Shown: positions 12,640-24,480, counted from the first letter of the whole stretch. The stretch: 63,126 nt of DNA, filler included, from Octopus bimaculoides (GCF_001194135.2; 5 parts of 5 records of this genome joined end to end with filler, not necessarily neighbours in it); one strand, 5' to 3'. Translations and numbers: made by a program. Notes: generated by a model from the sequence alone, not told the origin.

Positions 12640-15600
12640 GTGATGTTTCAATGAGACAAGCGGCTATACCCTTCTCAACACCTCCTTGGAATGGAGACTC
12701 GGTAATTTGGTTTGCGCAGTTGGAAATGCACTTTTCCACAAATAAAATCTATTCAGAATTTCACGAACTCACTTTGTTGATAAGCGTCCTTTCACCAGCT
12801 TTAAGCGGCGAAGTGAAAGATTTGAAGTGAAAGACTCCTGTAGATATCATTTCGTGTCAAGAAATTAAAGTAGATATTAAGATACATTAAAATGCACGTC
12901 CTGTTCTCAACAAAAGCGTTTAGATTAGCTGATAATAGACTTTCGTAATTACTACGCAGAGTAAATGAAAATAATTCATTAGAAACGCTTTCGTGAAGCA
13001 GTTGCTCATGTTACGTTTACCTCTGAATGCACAGGCAATTCTAGCGCAGTACGATACCGTTACTCAGTAGATCAACCAGCACAATTGTTTGATGGCATTG
13101 TCGACATTTCGTTTCCAGATTTCTCTCTCCTTTGTTTTATCTATCTCTTCGCTGTTAGCGGATTTCCGTAAGTTTAGCAAAGGAAAATTTAGGCACTCGC
13201 AGAAAACATTGAACGCCTTGAAATCCCTTATTTTTCGCTCGTTCAACTGACCGTTCCAGGAGATCGGCGCGATAAAAAGTTTTCCTTCAGTTCTCGCTGG
13301 AGAACTCCTGCACTATGTTAGTATCATTACAGATTTGGCACGAATGCTCATCGCTGTTTACATCCATGTTTCTTTCTAACTGCTTCTATTATTAAACACA
13401 GGAAAACATAGATGCCAGGGAATAGCAGTGACTGCATCACCTGGCACTTCTCCAGTAAGTCGCTTATTTTATGTTTTCAAATATTCTTCGAAATTTCATT
13501 TTTTGTGGATACTTGTGTTGAGTGTAGTACATGGCCTTGCGGGTTCTTTTTCTTAATTTAAAAAAAAAAATTTTTTACAAGGTATACAGCAGCCAACGTC
13601 GGTTACTTTGCAAGCTGTAAACTATTCGACCAATACCCAGTTATGAAGGAAAATATCTAAGACGTTGGATTTGAATTTACGTAGAGTTTTCAAGCACTTT
13701 TTTTTTTCTATCATAGCTGGTCTTTCGTGCCCCATTATCGGAGCCGATTTTCTTCATCATTTTGGTCTCCTTGATTTGATTTGAAAAATAAAAAAATTTG
13801 ATTCTACGACTAATTAATTGAAAGCGATATCAGTCCAGAAACTATTATCTATCCTCTTTTCTTCCTGGTTTCTACAGCTAACAGTTATGTTATTCTTTGT
13901 AGATTATCAGATATCACTCGTTCGGTTGGTTAGCGATAGAAAGCCCTTACATTCAGTAACATACCTTAGAACTGGTTCTCTTGGCGATTTGATCTAGTCA
14001 CACTAAAAGTTGCTGAAGATGAATTCGGCTACATGTAACAGCTCGGTGTTATTCGACCTTCGTCTAGTAACTGGGTTCTCCTCTACATATGGTATTGAGG
14101 AAGACCAAAAATAATTAGTGTCTCTGTGGGGACTATATAGGCTGTTAAACGCTAAAATAGTGCCGGATAACTATCCTATTCTTCACCTCCCATGATCTAT
14201 CAACTTCTCTACATGGTGCTACAAATTTTTCGAAGATAGATTTAGTTCGTGCATATAACCAGGTTCCAACAGAATTCGTTGATATTCATAAGATGGCTAT
14301 TACCACAGCATTTGAACTGTATGAAATCGTCAGGATGACTTTAGGGTCAGGAATTCTGCGAATTCGTTCGAAAAGTTTATCGATAAAGTTAATCGCAGTT
14401 TGAACTTTGTTTTTGCTTTCATTGATGATTTATTGGTTGCTAATGCTTCAGGATCTAAGCACGAGCAACATCTGATTCATATCTTTTCTAGATTATCACA
14501 TTCCGTTGTAGTGATTAACCTCGGTAAATGTTTCCTTAGTGTTTCATCTTTAAACTTTTTAGGGCTCATCAGTGACAACAATGCTGTGCGACCAATGACT
14601 GAGAAATCAGATGCAACTCTGCAGTTTGCAGCTCCCAACTCGTTATGAAAATTACATGGATTTCTTGATGGAGAGAATTTTTACAAACATTTTCTTTCAC
14701 ATTGTGCTGAGACAGCCTTACTCTTTAACCGAGTCGTTTCGTAATCGAAAACAGAAAAGCAAGAAAATTCTTTTAACACCAGAAAAATTACAGTAGATTA
14801 ACGATATAAAAAGAGAAATTATCTATTAACGACTCAACTGACCCCCAGATGCACCACTCTCTCTTTTAGTGAGTGCTTCAGACATGAGAATTAGTGGTAT
14901 TTTAAAGCAGTTTATTTAGGAATTGTTGGCAACCTCTGTCCTTTTCCTTGAAGCATTTGAAATCGGCCGAAGCTAGATATTATATTTTCGGTTGAGAATT
15001 ATAATCCTCACACTTATCAGTTAAGCACTTCCATCATTCCCCAGAGGGAAGAAATTTTGTTATATATACCGACCATGAGCTATTAGGCTTTTTCTCTTTA
15101 GGCACTTTGATATTTAGAATTGCAGTTTACTGCCAATATTCGTTACATCAAGGGCTCTAATAACTGCGCAGTTGATGCTTTATCTTGGGTTCACGTGAAC
15201 TCTCTGCACTCTAAAGACCCTATTGATTAAGTGAAATAACGAAGGACCAAGAAACGAAGGAAGAATTGCTACAACAAAAGAACTCGGTATTATCTTCCTT
15301 AAAATTCCTGCCTTCGCGAAATATATTTGGTGTAATATTTCTGCTGATCATGAACGCCCTTTTGTGCCTGCTAAACATAGAAGCTCAGTTTTGTCCGCTT
15401 TCTACAAATGATCTCTCCCGAGCCTTGCAGACTCAGAAAGACTCACTTTAGCTCATTTTATTTGGCCATACATGAACAAGAATGAGCTAGAAATTGTATA
15501 TCCTGTCAAAAAGCAAAACTTCATTGTGGTATTAGAGTTCGTCTTGGAACATTTACAGCAGTGAATGTTCATTTTCAACACATAAATATAGACATTGTCG

Positions 15601-17000
15601 GACCTGTCACACTGTAATGGTTTGTAGTGTTTTCACCAATGTAACACGTTCACTGGTATGTTGTTTGTAATTGCTGTTTCGGCTGTGTATTATCTCGTGT
15701 ATTATCTGTGCATTATCTCGTAATGAATAGACGCGAACATAATAGAATAAATTTATTGTAAGATTTATTGAACATGTTTATGTAGTTTTCTAATGACTGC
15801 TCGTAGAAATGTAAGAGGTTAGAATCGAGGTTCGGTGTAACTATTATCTATAGCAATAATTAATAAGGCTCGAGAAGCAGGAAAGAATTGATTTATACTC
15901 CTGAAATTCAGCAAAGGAAACTGATTGCTTCAGTAAGACAACTGTGTGTGAGAGTGTCTGTGTGTGTTCGCGCGCTTTTGGCGGAAGGTGAGGATGTATG
16001 TTCTCTGGTAGCTATCTCAACTTCTGCAGTTGTCCTTGGCGGGCTTTCACTTTAATACTAGGAAAAGCGCGAGAAAAGGTCATAGAACATTCGATTAACT
16101 TGATGCCTTGGTATGATATTACTGCAACCCGATTAGCTGATGATCAAGACAGACCACGTGATCTACGCGAGGTACGAACCTAGCGACCGAAAAATGAGAG
16201 AAGTGATTCTAGGTCTCGCTACAAACTCTTATCTCCTGTTCAGAACTACGTCTATCTGTTGGCCTGTGTTGACCATTTTTCTAGGTGATTTGGGGGCCAT
16301 TCCTGTTAGAGATATTTCTTCTGCAACGGTAGCAAAAGCATTGACTTCAATCAGATTTCGCGTTTTGGGTTTACCGCGACGATAACAACTGCTAAAAGCC
16401 GCCAATTTGAATCTAATTCATTTACCGAATTAACCCACTTTCTCAATACGAAGAGGATTCGTACGGTGACTTATCACTCTGTGGCAACTAGAACGATAGA
16501 AAATTTCACTGCCAACTTAAAACAGCATTTAAAGCATACAGCAATATAGATAGAAACTAGAATCAGTACGTATTATGTTATTGAGTATCAGAACGACAGT
16601 TGAAGCGAACCTAGACTTTTACCCCCAGCAGAGCTGCTTTATAACACTGCAGTAATTCTTCTCAGACAGTTGGTAGTTGGAAACTTGACCGCGTATAATG
16701 ATTTGTTCATTTATATGCATCGACTGCGGTAATATACGTTCGATTTGTTGCCCAAGCAGTGGACAGTTAAACCCATGTTCCGGCAGACATCAGTCGCTGA
16801 TTTTTATATTTTTGGTCGTAATGATGCGGTTTAAAAACCCTTATATACAGGAACAGATCGTTTTTTTTTTTTGCAGGCGTACTCTAGATATTTCGTAGTC
16901 GATGCCCATGGTAAAAAAAAAAGAGACAACCAGTATTGACAGAACCAAAAAGATTATATTGATATATATGAATCTAAGAAAGACATGTCTCCATAGACAT
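12640..17000 (+). mobile_element. Ty3/Gypsy LTR retrotransposon internal region (gag-PR-RT-RH-IN), heavily decayed
   Basis: Gag PPWNGDSVIWFAQLEMHF (~12690); protease FVDTCVECS (~13505); [15 protein letters not shown] and FAFIDDLLVA (~14230-14440); RNase H YTDH (~15065); integrase FQHINIDIVGP, NYVYLLACVDHFSR, RQFES and TSIDRTK. Many stops and frameshifts; cognate LTRs not found. Confidence 0.92.
15613..16223. mobile_element. LTR-like insertion splitting the Gypsy integrase
   Basis: Integrase motif IVGP (15600) resumes as NYVYLL (~16244); the intervening ~610 bp begins TGTAA and ends CGCTACA; no clean TSD. Confidence 0.55.
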
Positions 17001-18125
17001 CAAAACTACCCACTCAAGCACCTATATCAAATAAAACTATTGTTCCTAAGAAAGACATTATTGCCAGCTTTACAAAATGTAAGCTAGAAATAATATTTCA
17101 GTTAATACTGTTATGTGAAAGATGTACATATTTAATGTAAACAGATTAAGACAGGAAATTATATTCAAAGAATTATGTATGTCATTATTCAGTTTATTTC
17201 AAGATTTCTTGCCAATAGAGAAAGAACCGGTTTCTAACCTAGATCCAAGGTTCCTTCATTAGAATTTCAACATCAACAACAGGATATTTTTTTATGTATG
17301 TATGTATGCATATATGTATGTATGCATGCATGTATGTGTGTGTATGTATGCATGCATGCATTATGTATGCATGTATGTGTGTGTACGTACGCATGCATAC
17401 ATGTATGTGTGTGTATGTATGTGTGTGCATGTAAGTATGTATGCACGTATGTGTATGTTCGTATGCATGCATGTGTGTGTGTATGTATATATGCATGCAT
17501 GCATGTATGTATGCATGTATGTGTGTGTATGTATGTATGTATGTGTGTATGTATGCATATGTGTGTTTATGTACGCATGCATGCATGTATACATGTATAC
17601 ATGTATGCATGTGTGTATGTATGTATTTCAGCACAACGCTGATTACTTTTTGCCGTACAACAGAAACGGCAGAGTTTTGTGAAGCGTCTACAGCGGCTCT
17701 GTTCAAGGGTTCAATACTCCAGCTTTTTATAACCCCAAGCAAAGCTTCTAAAACATTCATTAATACAGTTTTTTAAAGTCTACCACCTGAATTGTCAGCC
17801 GATACTGATTGACTGAGAAACCTTTAAGCTGGCGTTCGTAGCATTTATGGCGGTATAATTAGGTTCAAGGAGCTGGCCATGTCTTTTCTGGGAACAATAT
17901 CAGGCTGTGACTCTTAGCTGAAAATCTGAGTGAGGAGGTTCAAATCTGGCTGAAGCCTCACTACAAGGTCTCATCTTGCAGCGCGTTTGTTATAAAAATA
18001 CACAAAAGAAAGACAAAGAAATGTGCGTGTGAACACTGCAGAAAATTAGTACTTGCAACAAAAATAAAAGTAAATACAACAGAGTTACATAAACAGAAAA
18101 TGTTCGCAAATTAAACAGTTCCTAA

Positions 18126-18382
18126 TCTATAATATAAATTGAAGTTGGCCGACCATTGTATTCTTTCTTGTCTTGAGGTTCACGGCCAAACGGCTGGGTG
18201 GATTCGCGTGAAAAATGGCTCACATGTGGAGACGGGTGCATAGATCGGAATACGTTTTCTATTTTTTTCCTAGCCCCCATACTTACAGAGAAAATCGATT
18301 AAAACAACCTGCGTGCGTGCATGTATGTGAGTGTGTGCCACATTATTCAAACAGACCGGGTGAAACCAGGTTTAGCTGCTAG
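18126..18382 (+). mobile_element. non-autonomous Helitron (257 bp)
   Basis: 5' A|TCTATAATATAAATT; 3' hairpin ACCGGGTGAAACCAGGT about 10 nt before CTAG|T; inserted in an A/T dinucleotide with no TSD. Confidence 0.75.
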
Positions 18383-18599
18383 TAGTCTATATATATATAA
18401 CTCGTTATGGAATCGAAAAAAATATTATATATATTTGGAAGGTCATTATCAAATACTGGCGTAATTTAAATTTTTTTGTAGCATGAAGAGTTAAAATCTT
18501 ATTGCAACTGACGCATCGTCGTCGGTAAACAATAATAATAATTATTTATTAATTTTCAAAATCTTAAATACGTACTTCAACTTTATTTTCGGTTTATAT

Positions 18600-19600
18600 T
18601 GATCCACGACTTCACCAGAAAAGAAAGTAAACCAGGTTCTTTGGTTGACTGAACTAAAATCTTTCACCGCTGTGAAAAGAAGATTTATAAACACATCACA
18701 ATAACTGATGAAAAAGCTAAAAAAAAAAAAAATCTAGAAATAAAAAAAGAGAGGAAAGAAAATGTTTTCCGATGATAAGGCACGATCTGGAAGACCAAGC
18801 CTAAGTGAAGAAAATATGTTATCTGTAAAAAAAAATCCTGTTTGGAAAGTCCACGCAAATCAATAAAACAAGCATATTTAGAACCGAGTCTTCCAGAATA
18901 AACGCTGTGTGAAATTCTACGAACGAAATTTCACATGAAAGCTTACAATATTAAAGTGCTTCAAGTGTTACTAGAAGAAGATTGATTATTATACATCATT
19001 GGCTTTTCTGTCAACGAAAAACTTGTCAACGATCGTTAATTTTTCCTTTCTTTCTTTCTTTTCTTTTATTCACACTGTAATGCCTTCTGATGAAGTAGTA
19101 TTTTATATGAGTGATAAAGTCAACAGGCATAACTGTTAACTGTTGCATATGGAGCACTGAAAAGCCACAAGAATTTGAAGAGATTCTTCTGTAGTTAATA
19201 TTTGGTTTACATTAAGAAAATACGACATCGTTGGGGTATTATTTTTGAAAGGACATGTTATTGATAGGAAGAGTTGAACAGAAATACTGTGAATTTCATT
19301 TATTTCTGTTCTAACCCGATTCGCTATTATAGAAGATGCAGTGTTTCAGCAAGGCAGCGCACGTTGTCATTCTGTTCTCAGAGTTTAGCAATTTCTGAAT
19401 AAAATATTCTCAAATTTTCCGCTGAACGGGGAGAAGTGGATCAAACTCTTCGCTAACGTGATCACCAGATTTGAGTCCACTGAATTTCTTTTTTATGGTG
19501 ATATAGAAAACCTAGTGTTTTTAATCTAATTTCGTTCTGTAGATGACTTTCAATCACATTAATGTGATTCAGGTTATAAATTGACATCAGTGACAAAACG
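18600..19600 (+). mobile_element. Tc1/mariner (DD37D-like) transposase remnant
   Basis: VLWLTELKSFTAVKRRF, ARSGRPS, SDEVVFYMSDKVNRHNC, VFQQGSARCH and SPDLSPLNFF motifs, with stops. Confidence 0.88.
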
Positions 19601-19657
19601 AATATTTAGAAATTCATACACAAACGAGTGCATCCCATACAACCATGTATATATATA

Positions 19658-19757
19658 NNNNNNNNNNNNNNNNNNNNNNNNNNNNNNNNNNNNNNNNNNN
19701 NTTAATTAATTAANNNNNNNNNNNNNNNNNNNNNNNNNNNNNNNNNNNNNNNNNNNN
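19658..19757. other. artificial scaffold linker 44N-TTAATTAATTAA-44N
   Basis: Exactly 100 bp; the same structure occurs at 27264-27363, 53557-53656 and 57000-57099. Confidence 0.9.
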
Positions 19758-19932
19758 AGATAAATAGATAGAGAGGATGGTGAAGGGAGGAAGATAAATA
19801 GATAGATAGAAAGATAGATAGATAGATAGACAGATAGATAGATAGATAGATAGAAAGATAGTCACGTCAGAATAATAGTAGACTTACTTGTAAAATAGGA
19901 CGTGTGCGTTCAATAATGTAATAATACAAAGA

Positions 19933-19970
<38 letters not shown>

Positions 19971-20001
19971 TTGTATATGTATATATATATATATGTATAT
20001 A

Positions 20002-20143
20002 TACAAAATTAGATTTGCTTATTCTTCATATTTGAAAGAATTCTTATTTAAGTTCATATACATACATATGTATATATATATATATATATGAAGTTAAATA
20101 AGAATTCTTTCAAATATGAAGAATAAGTAAATGTAATTTTGTA
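20002..20143. repeat. fold-back palindrome (~60-bp arms, TA-rich spacer)
   Basis: ACAAAATTAGATTTGCTTATTCTTCATATTTGAAAGAATTCTTATTTAAGTTCATATA is followed by its near-perfect reverse complement. Confidence 0.9.
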
Positions 20144-20595
20144 AAATCATGAAGAAGTAAATGTAATTTTGTATAATCAAAGGGTTGACAAAAATGCTAT
20201 TTCAGGATAATTTACGCAACTCACTTTTGTAGTTTCTCACGACTACCTTCCTTGGATATATTTAGTGCAAGAAAATTGGTGAGACATATTGAAAAATAGG
20301 GAAACTTTAGCTTTTGTTTATTCGTAGAAGCACAACTTCAATAGACGGTCTATACAATAATTTGTGACTGTTATATTGGTTGCTTGGTGAAATCATTTTG
20401 TATACATTTCCAACTTGAATAAATTTGATGACAGTATTACGGTGGTTTGATCATTTACAAAAGTATCACGGTAGTTATTTTTCGAACGCATTTCTTTCTG
20501 TTAGGATTTGAATTAACGTTTCAAGTCCAATTGGAAATATGATTTAGGTTATGATACTGTTTTTGTAGAATAGCACAAATATCGGAATCAGTGAT

Positions 20596-20670
20596 AGTAA
20601 TCATAGAGAATCCAGTGGTAATACGCATAGAGAAACCACTGGTAATACGTATAGAGAAACCACTGGTAAT
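20596..20670. repeat. 24-bp minisatellite, ~3 copies
   Basis: Unit GGTAATACG(C/T)ATAGAGAAACCACT. Confidence 0.9.
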
Positions 20671-21610
20671 AAATTGTAATATAGCTGATGCAACGGAAGT
20701 TAGATGAAATCGACGTATCAGGATCAATAAAAGTATCAGTAATGTAAATAAATAAACTTAGAATATCATACTTCCTTGGGATAAATCAGGTATATTGTGT
20801 ATGTAAATCAGATTTTGCAATAGTGACTCTAACATTTTGAATTTTTCCATGAAGTTATCTGACTACGTTAAAACACGATTACATATTTCATAAACAGCGA
20901 AATTGAAAAAAGTGTGAAGGTAGATTTTTAAATTTTTATTTTTAAGATGAGACGATGCTTGGTGAATAAATAGACTGAGTTTGTTAGTGGTTGAGTGGCG
21001 AGATAAAAATTCTAACAGAGCGGAGAAAATTGAATTATTACAGCATTGGTAATATAGCTGTTCAACAATATTTGAGGTAATTGATGTAGTTCGAAAGCTA
21101 TTAAGGTTGAATTTATTACTTTATTTTTGTAGATTGATACAACAACGACAGACATCCATTGATTGCCTTAGTTAATTAGAGATATAGTAAAAATAAAGGT
21201 GTGATCAGTGAGCAGAGCATTCAAACATAATAGAATTTTGAATTCCAGCTAGATCGGTGAAGTCAAGCGAAAATGAAATTTCTTGAATATGCTAAACGGG
21301 AAAGAAAATGTCAGAGAATAAAGCAGATCTGGTAAAGCCAAAGAGAGTCAAGTAATCATTTGATAGATTAGCTTTGTATGTGGATTTGTAGCAGTAAAGT
21401 CGTTATAAAACAAGACAGAGCCATTTAGGCAACTTGTTACAATTTTTAGAGGTAATTTCATTAAGATGGGTAAGTTTACTAACAATAAATGATTGGAGTA
21501 GAATTCTTCAGTCCAACATATTCACGTCATTGCTCTTTAGCAAAGGTAAAGATAGAGCAAGAACTACCTAGTCCAACAGATGTGTTTGTATACATACATA
21601 CATACATACA

Positions 21611-21641
<31 letters not shown>

Positions 21642-21672
21642 GTACGTACGTACATACGTACGTATATATATA

Positions 21673-22064
21673 GGCGCAGGAGTGGCTCTGTGGTAAGTAG
21701 CTTGCTTACCAATCACATGGTTCCGGGTTCATTCCCACTGCGTGGCATCTTGGACAAGTGTCTTCTACTATAGCCTCGGGCCGACCAAAGCCTTGTGAGT
21801 GGATTTGGTTGACGGAAACTGAAAGAAGCCTGTATTTGTGTGGATATGTTTGTGTGTCTGTGTTCGTCCCCCCAACATCGCTTGACAACCGATGGTGGTG
21901 TGTTTACGTCCCCATAACTTAGCGGTTCGGCAAAAGAGACCGAAAGAATAAGTACTAGGCTTACAAAGAATAAGTCCTGGGGTCGATTTGCTCGACTAAA
22001 GCCGATGCTCCAGCATGGCTGCAGTCAAATGACTGAAACAAGTAAAAGAGTAAAGAGTAAGAGT
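21673..22064 (+). mobile_element. SINE family B, full length, CpG-intact
   Basis: GGCGCAGGAGTGGCTCTGTGGTAAG (A box), GGTTCATTCCC (B box), core and tail ..GACTGAAACAAGTAAAAGAG; inserted in (TA)n. Confidence 0.9.
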
Positions 22065-22381
22065 ATATATANNNNNNNNNNNNNNNNNNNNNNNNNNNNN
22101 NNNNNNNNNNNNNNNNNNNNNNNNNNNNNNNNNNNNNNNNNNNNNNNNNNNNNNNNNNNNNNNNNNNNNNNNNNNNNNNNNNNNNNNNNNNNNNNNNNNN
22201 NNNNNNNNNNNNNNNNNNNNNNNNNNNNNNNNNNNNNNNNNNNNNNNNNNNNNNNNNNNNNNNNNNNNNNNNNNNNNNNNNNNNNNNNNNNNNNNNNNNN
22301 NNNNNNNNNNNNNNNNNNNNNNNNNNNNNNNNNNNNNNNNNNNNNNNNNNNNNNNNNNNNNNNNNNNNNATATATATATAC

Positions 22382-22522
22382 TGTATAAAGGATCGTGTGT
22401 AAGACCAGAACAATGCGAAGTAAATGCAAAGCAAATCTCAAGAAAATAAATATATGAATTAATGTAGACTTACCTTGCATTTTCTTCGCATTGTTCTGGC
22501 CTTACCCACGATCCTTTATACA
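22382..22522. repeat. fold-back palindrome (~55-bp arms)
   Basis: TGTATAAAGGATCGTGTGTAAGACCAGAACAATGCGAAG... pairs with ...CTTCGCATTGTTCTGGCCTTACCCACGATCCTTTATACA. Confidence 0.9.
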
Positions 22523-23331
22523 ATATATTCTACACAATGCTTCATAGTTATTATTCCATTACAATATTTATAAATATATATATACATATACGTACATACA
22601 TACATGTGTTACTTATCCTGTTTTCAATTTTTTTTTCTCTCGGTGTTTGCGTATTTAACTCCCTTGTTTTCGTACTTCATGTTGATTACAGTTGTGCCCA
22701 TATATGCGTGTGTGTGTATATATATTTACACGCACGGAATTTTTCAGCACGGAATTTTGTCAGTGAACAGGTCGCGGTCTCAAAGCGACGAAAATATTTT
22801 GGCAAATTAAATTTAAGTGTTGAAGTGAATCTAACGGTTTTTGTGCGTTTCTTAAATGGCTTATAGACACCTTCCACGCTGCAATTGTTTTCGTTCCAGC
22901 ACACGATCTCAGATCAGGTCACTTGCTCTGCAAGTACATTTCCGTNNNNNNNNNNNNNNNNNNNNNNNNNNNNNNNNNNNNNNNNNNNNNNNNNNNNNNN
23001 NNNNNNNNNNNNNNNNNNNNNNNNNNNNNNNNNNNNNNNNNNNNNNNNNNNNNNNNNNNNNNNNNNNNNNNNNNNNNNNNNNNNNNNNNNNNNNTATATA
23101 TATATGGGTACAGGACGTCACAAACCGTAAACAACATGAATTAGGAAAACAAATGAGTTGAATACGAAAACAACGAGAGAAACAAATGGAAAGCAGGACA
23201 AGTAAATAAGAAACGACCCTTCATCAGTTGTCGGTTGGCCATCTACTCCTAGTTTCGAGCATTTCCTATATATATATATATATATATACATACATACATA
23301 ATCAAAATAAGCAACAGGGTATCAAGAAGTG

Positions 23332-23418
23332 ATGCAGTACGACTGTTTCAAGCGGCTCTATTTAATTGAACAATACAATCATTACATCAATTTAAATTCA
23401 GGGTAACATCAGCTGCAC
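23332..23418 (-). ncRNA. degenerate type I hammerhead-like motif (probable PLE terminus)
   Basis: Minus strand: GTGCAG-CTGATG(T)-~58 nt containing a hairpin-GAAAC-AGTC-GTA-CTGCAT; 6-bp stem I, but A9 and the stem II base deviate. Confidence 0.4.
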
Positions 23419-24204
23419 AATTAAACAGAATTTTAATCTGTCGGACACATTAATATAATTTTACTCAAATACTTTAACAGAGCAAGAAGATGGAAGAAAT
23501 CCATGTTGTTGCTATTGTAGCTAAGAATATACTACACTTCCAAGAAAAGCATAACGCTTACTGGAGTCTTAGCCTGTAAAGGATTGTGGTCCATTTCTAA
23601 TTTATTTATCTTTTTATCAACTACTAAATCTAAGGCTAGAAGACTGTCTATTTGGAATGAAGGGCAAGAGTGAGTTGACAGCGCATGGTTAAGTGTGATC
23701 ATAAGTATTGTCAAGACATTAGGAGCAGAAAATTGAGTATAAAGTAACTGTCTATAAAGGAGGCTGGGTAGGAGAAGACCCTAAATCATGATGTTAATTA
23801 CCAGTTAAAGGGGCAAGACGCTAATAAAACTTATGATGTTAATACAGAGGAAATTTTATCATGGGGTACTATGGGTGATTGTTTATAGACAATATTGTTA
23901 TGTTGTATAAAAATAAAATTTAAGATTATCGAAAATGATATCATAACCAAAATAGGTAAAATGTGTATATATATCAATTTTCAGCATTAAAAAGACAAGA
24001 TTTCATAGAATCAGTTTAATATTCATTCATGTACTTAATTATTTACTTATTAGGTGGTTTCTATACAGACTGCTCTGGACATTTACTTATGGAATACTGG
24101 AAAGATAAACATGCTATCTATATATTCATTATAAGCTAAGAATCAGAAAAAATAAAGATGTGTACAGATACACATACATATTTATCTATGTGCACACATG
24201 CACA

Positions 24205-24480
24205 CATACATAAATATTTATACGTTTATATGGATATAGTATAACCATCTCGCATAGACTTAAGTAACTAAAACTTATCTATTTACGAACAAGAAAGATA
24301 ACAATTTATAAGGGATAAGAGGTAATAGATAATGCACATATATGCATATATACACATATACAAATATTTATACGTTTATATGGATATAGTATAACAATCT
24401 TGCATAGACCTAGTAGCTGAAAAATCTCTATTTAAGAAAAGTAACAATTTTAGGGGATAAGAGGTTAATAGGTAAGGATA
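24205..24480. repeat. imperfect tandem duplication (~150-bp unit x2)
   Basis: AAATATTTATACGTTTATATGGATATAGTATAAC..GCATAGAC..GGGATAAGAGG occurs at ~24212 and ~24362. Confidence 0.85.

Noticed and set aside
10930-16223. LTR-like segments at 10930-11259 and 15613-16223 as the cognate LTRs of the Gypsy element
   Set aside because: They are not similar to each other, lie inside other elements, and do not flank the gag-pol region.
20596-20670. Short direct repeats as a possible CRISPR array (also 38378-38449)
   Set aside because: Contiguous tandem units with no unique spacers, a eukaryotic context and no cas genes.
21673-21750. tRNA-like A/B boxes as a tRNA gene
   Set aside because: This is the head of a multi-copy SINE and there is no cloverleaf.
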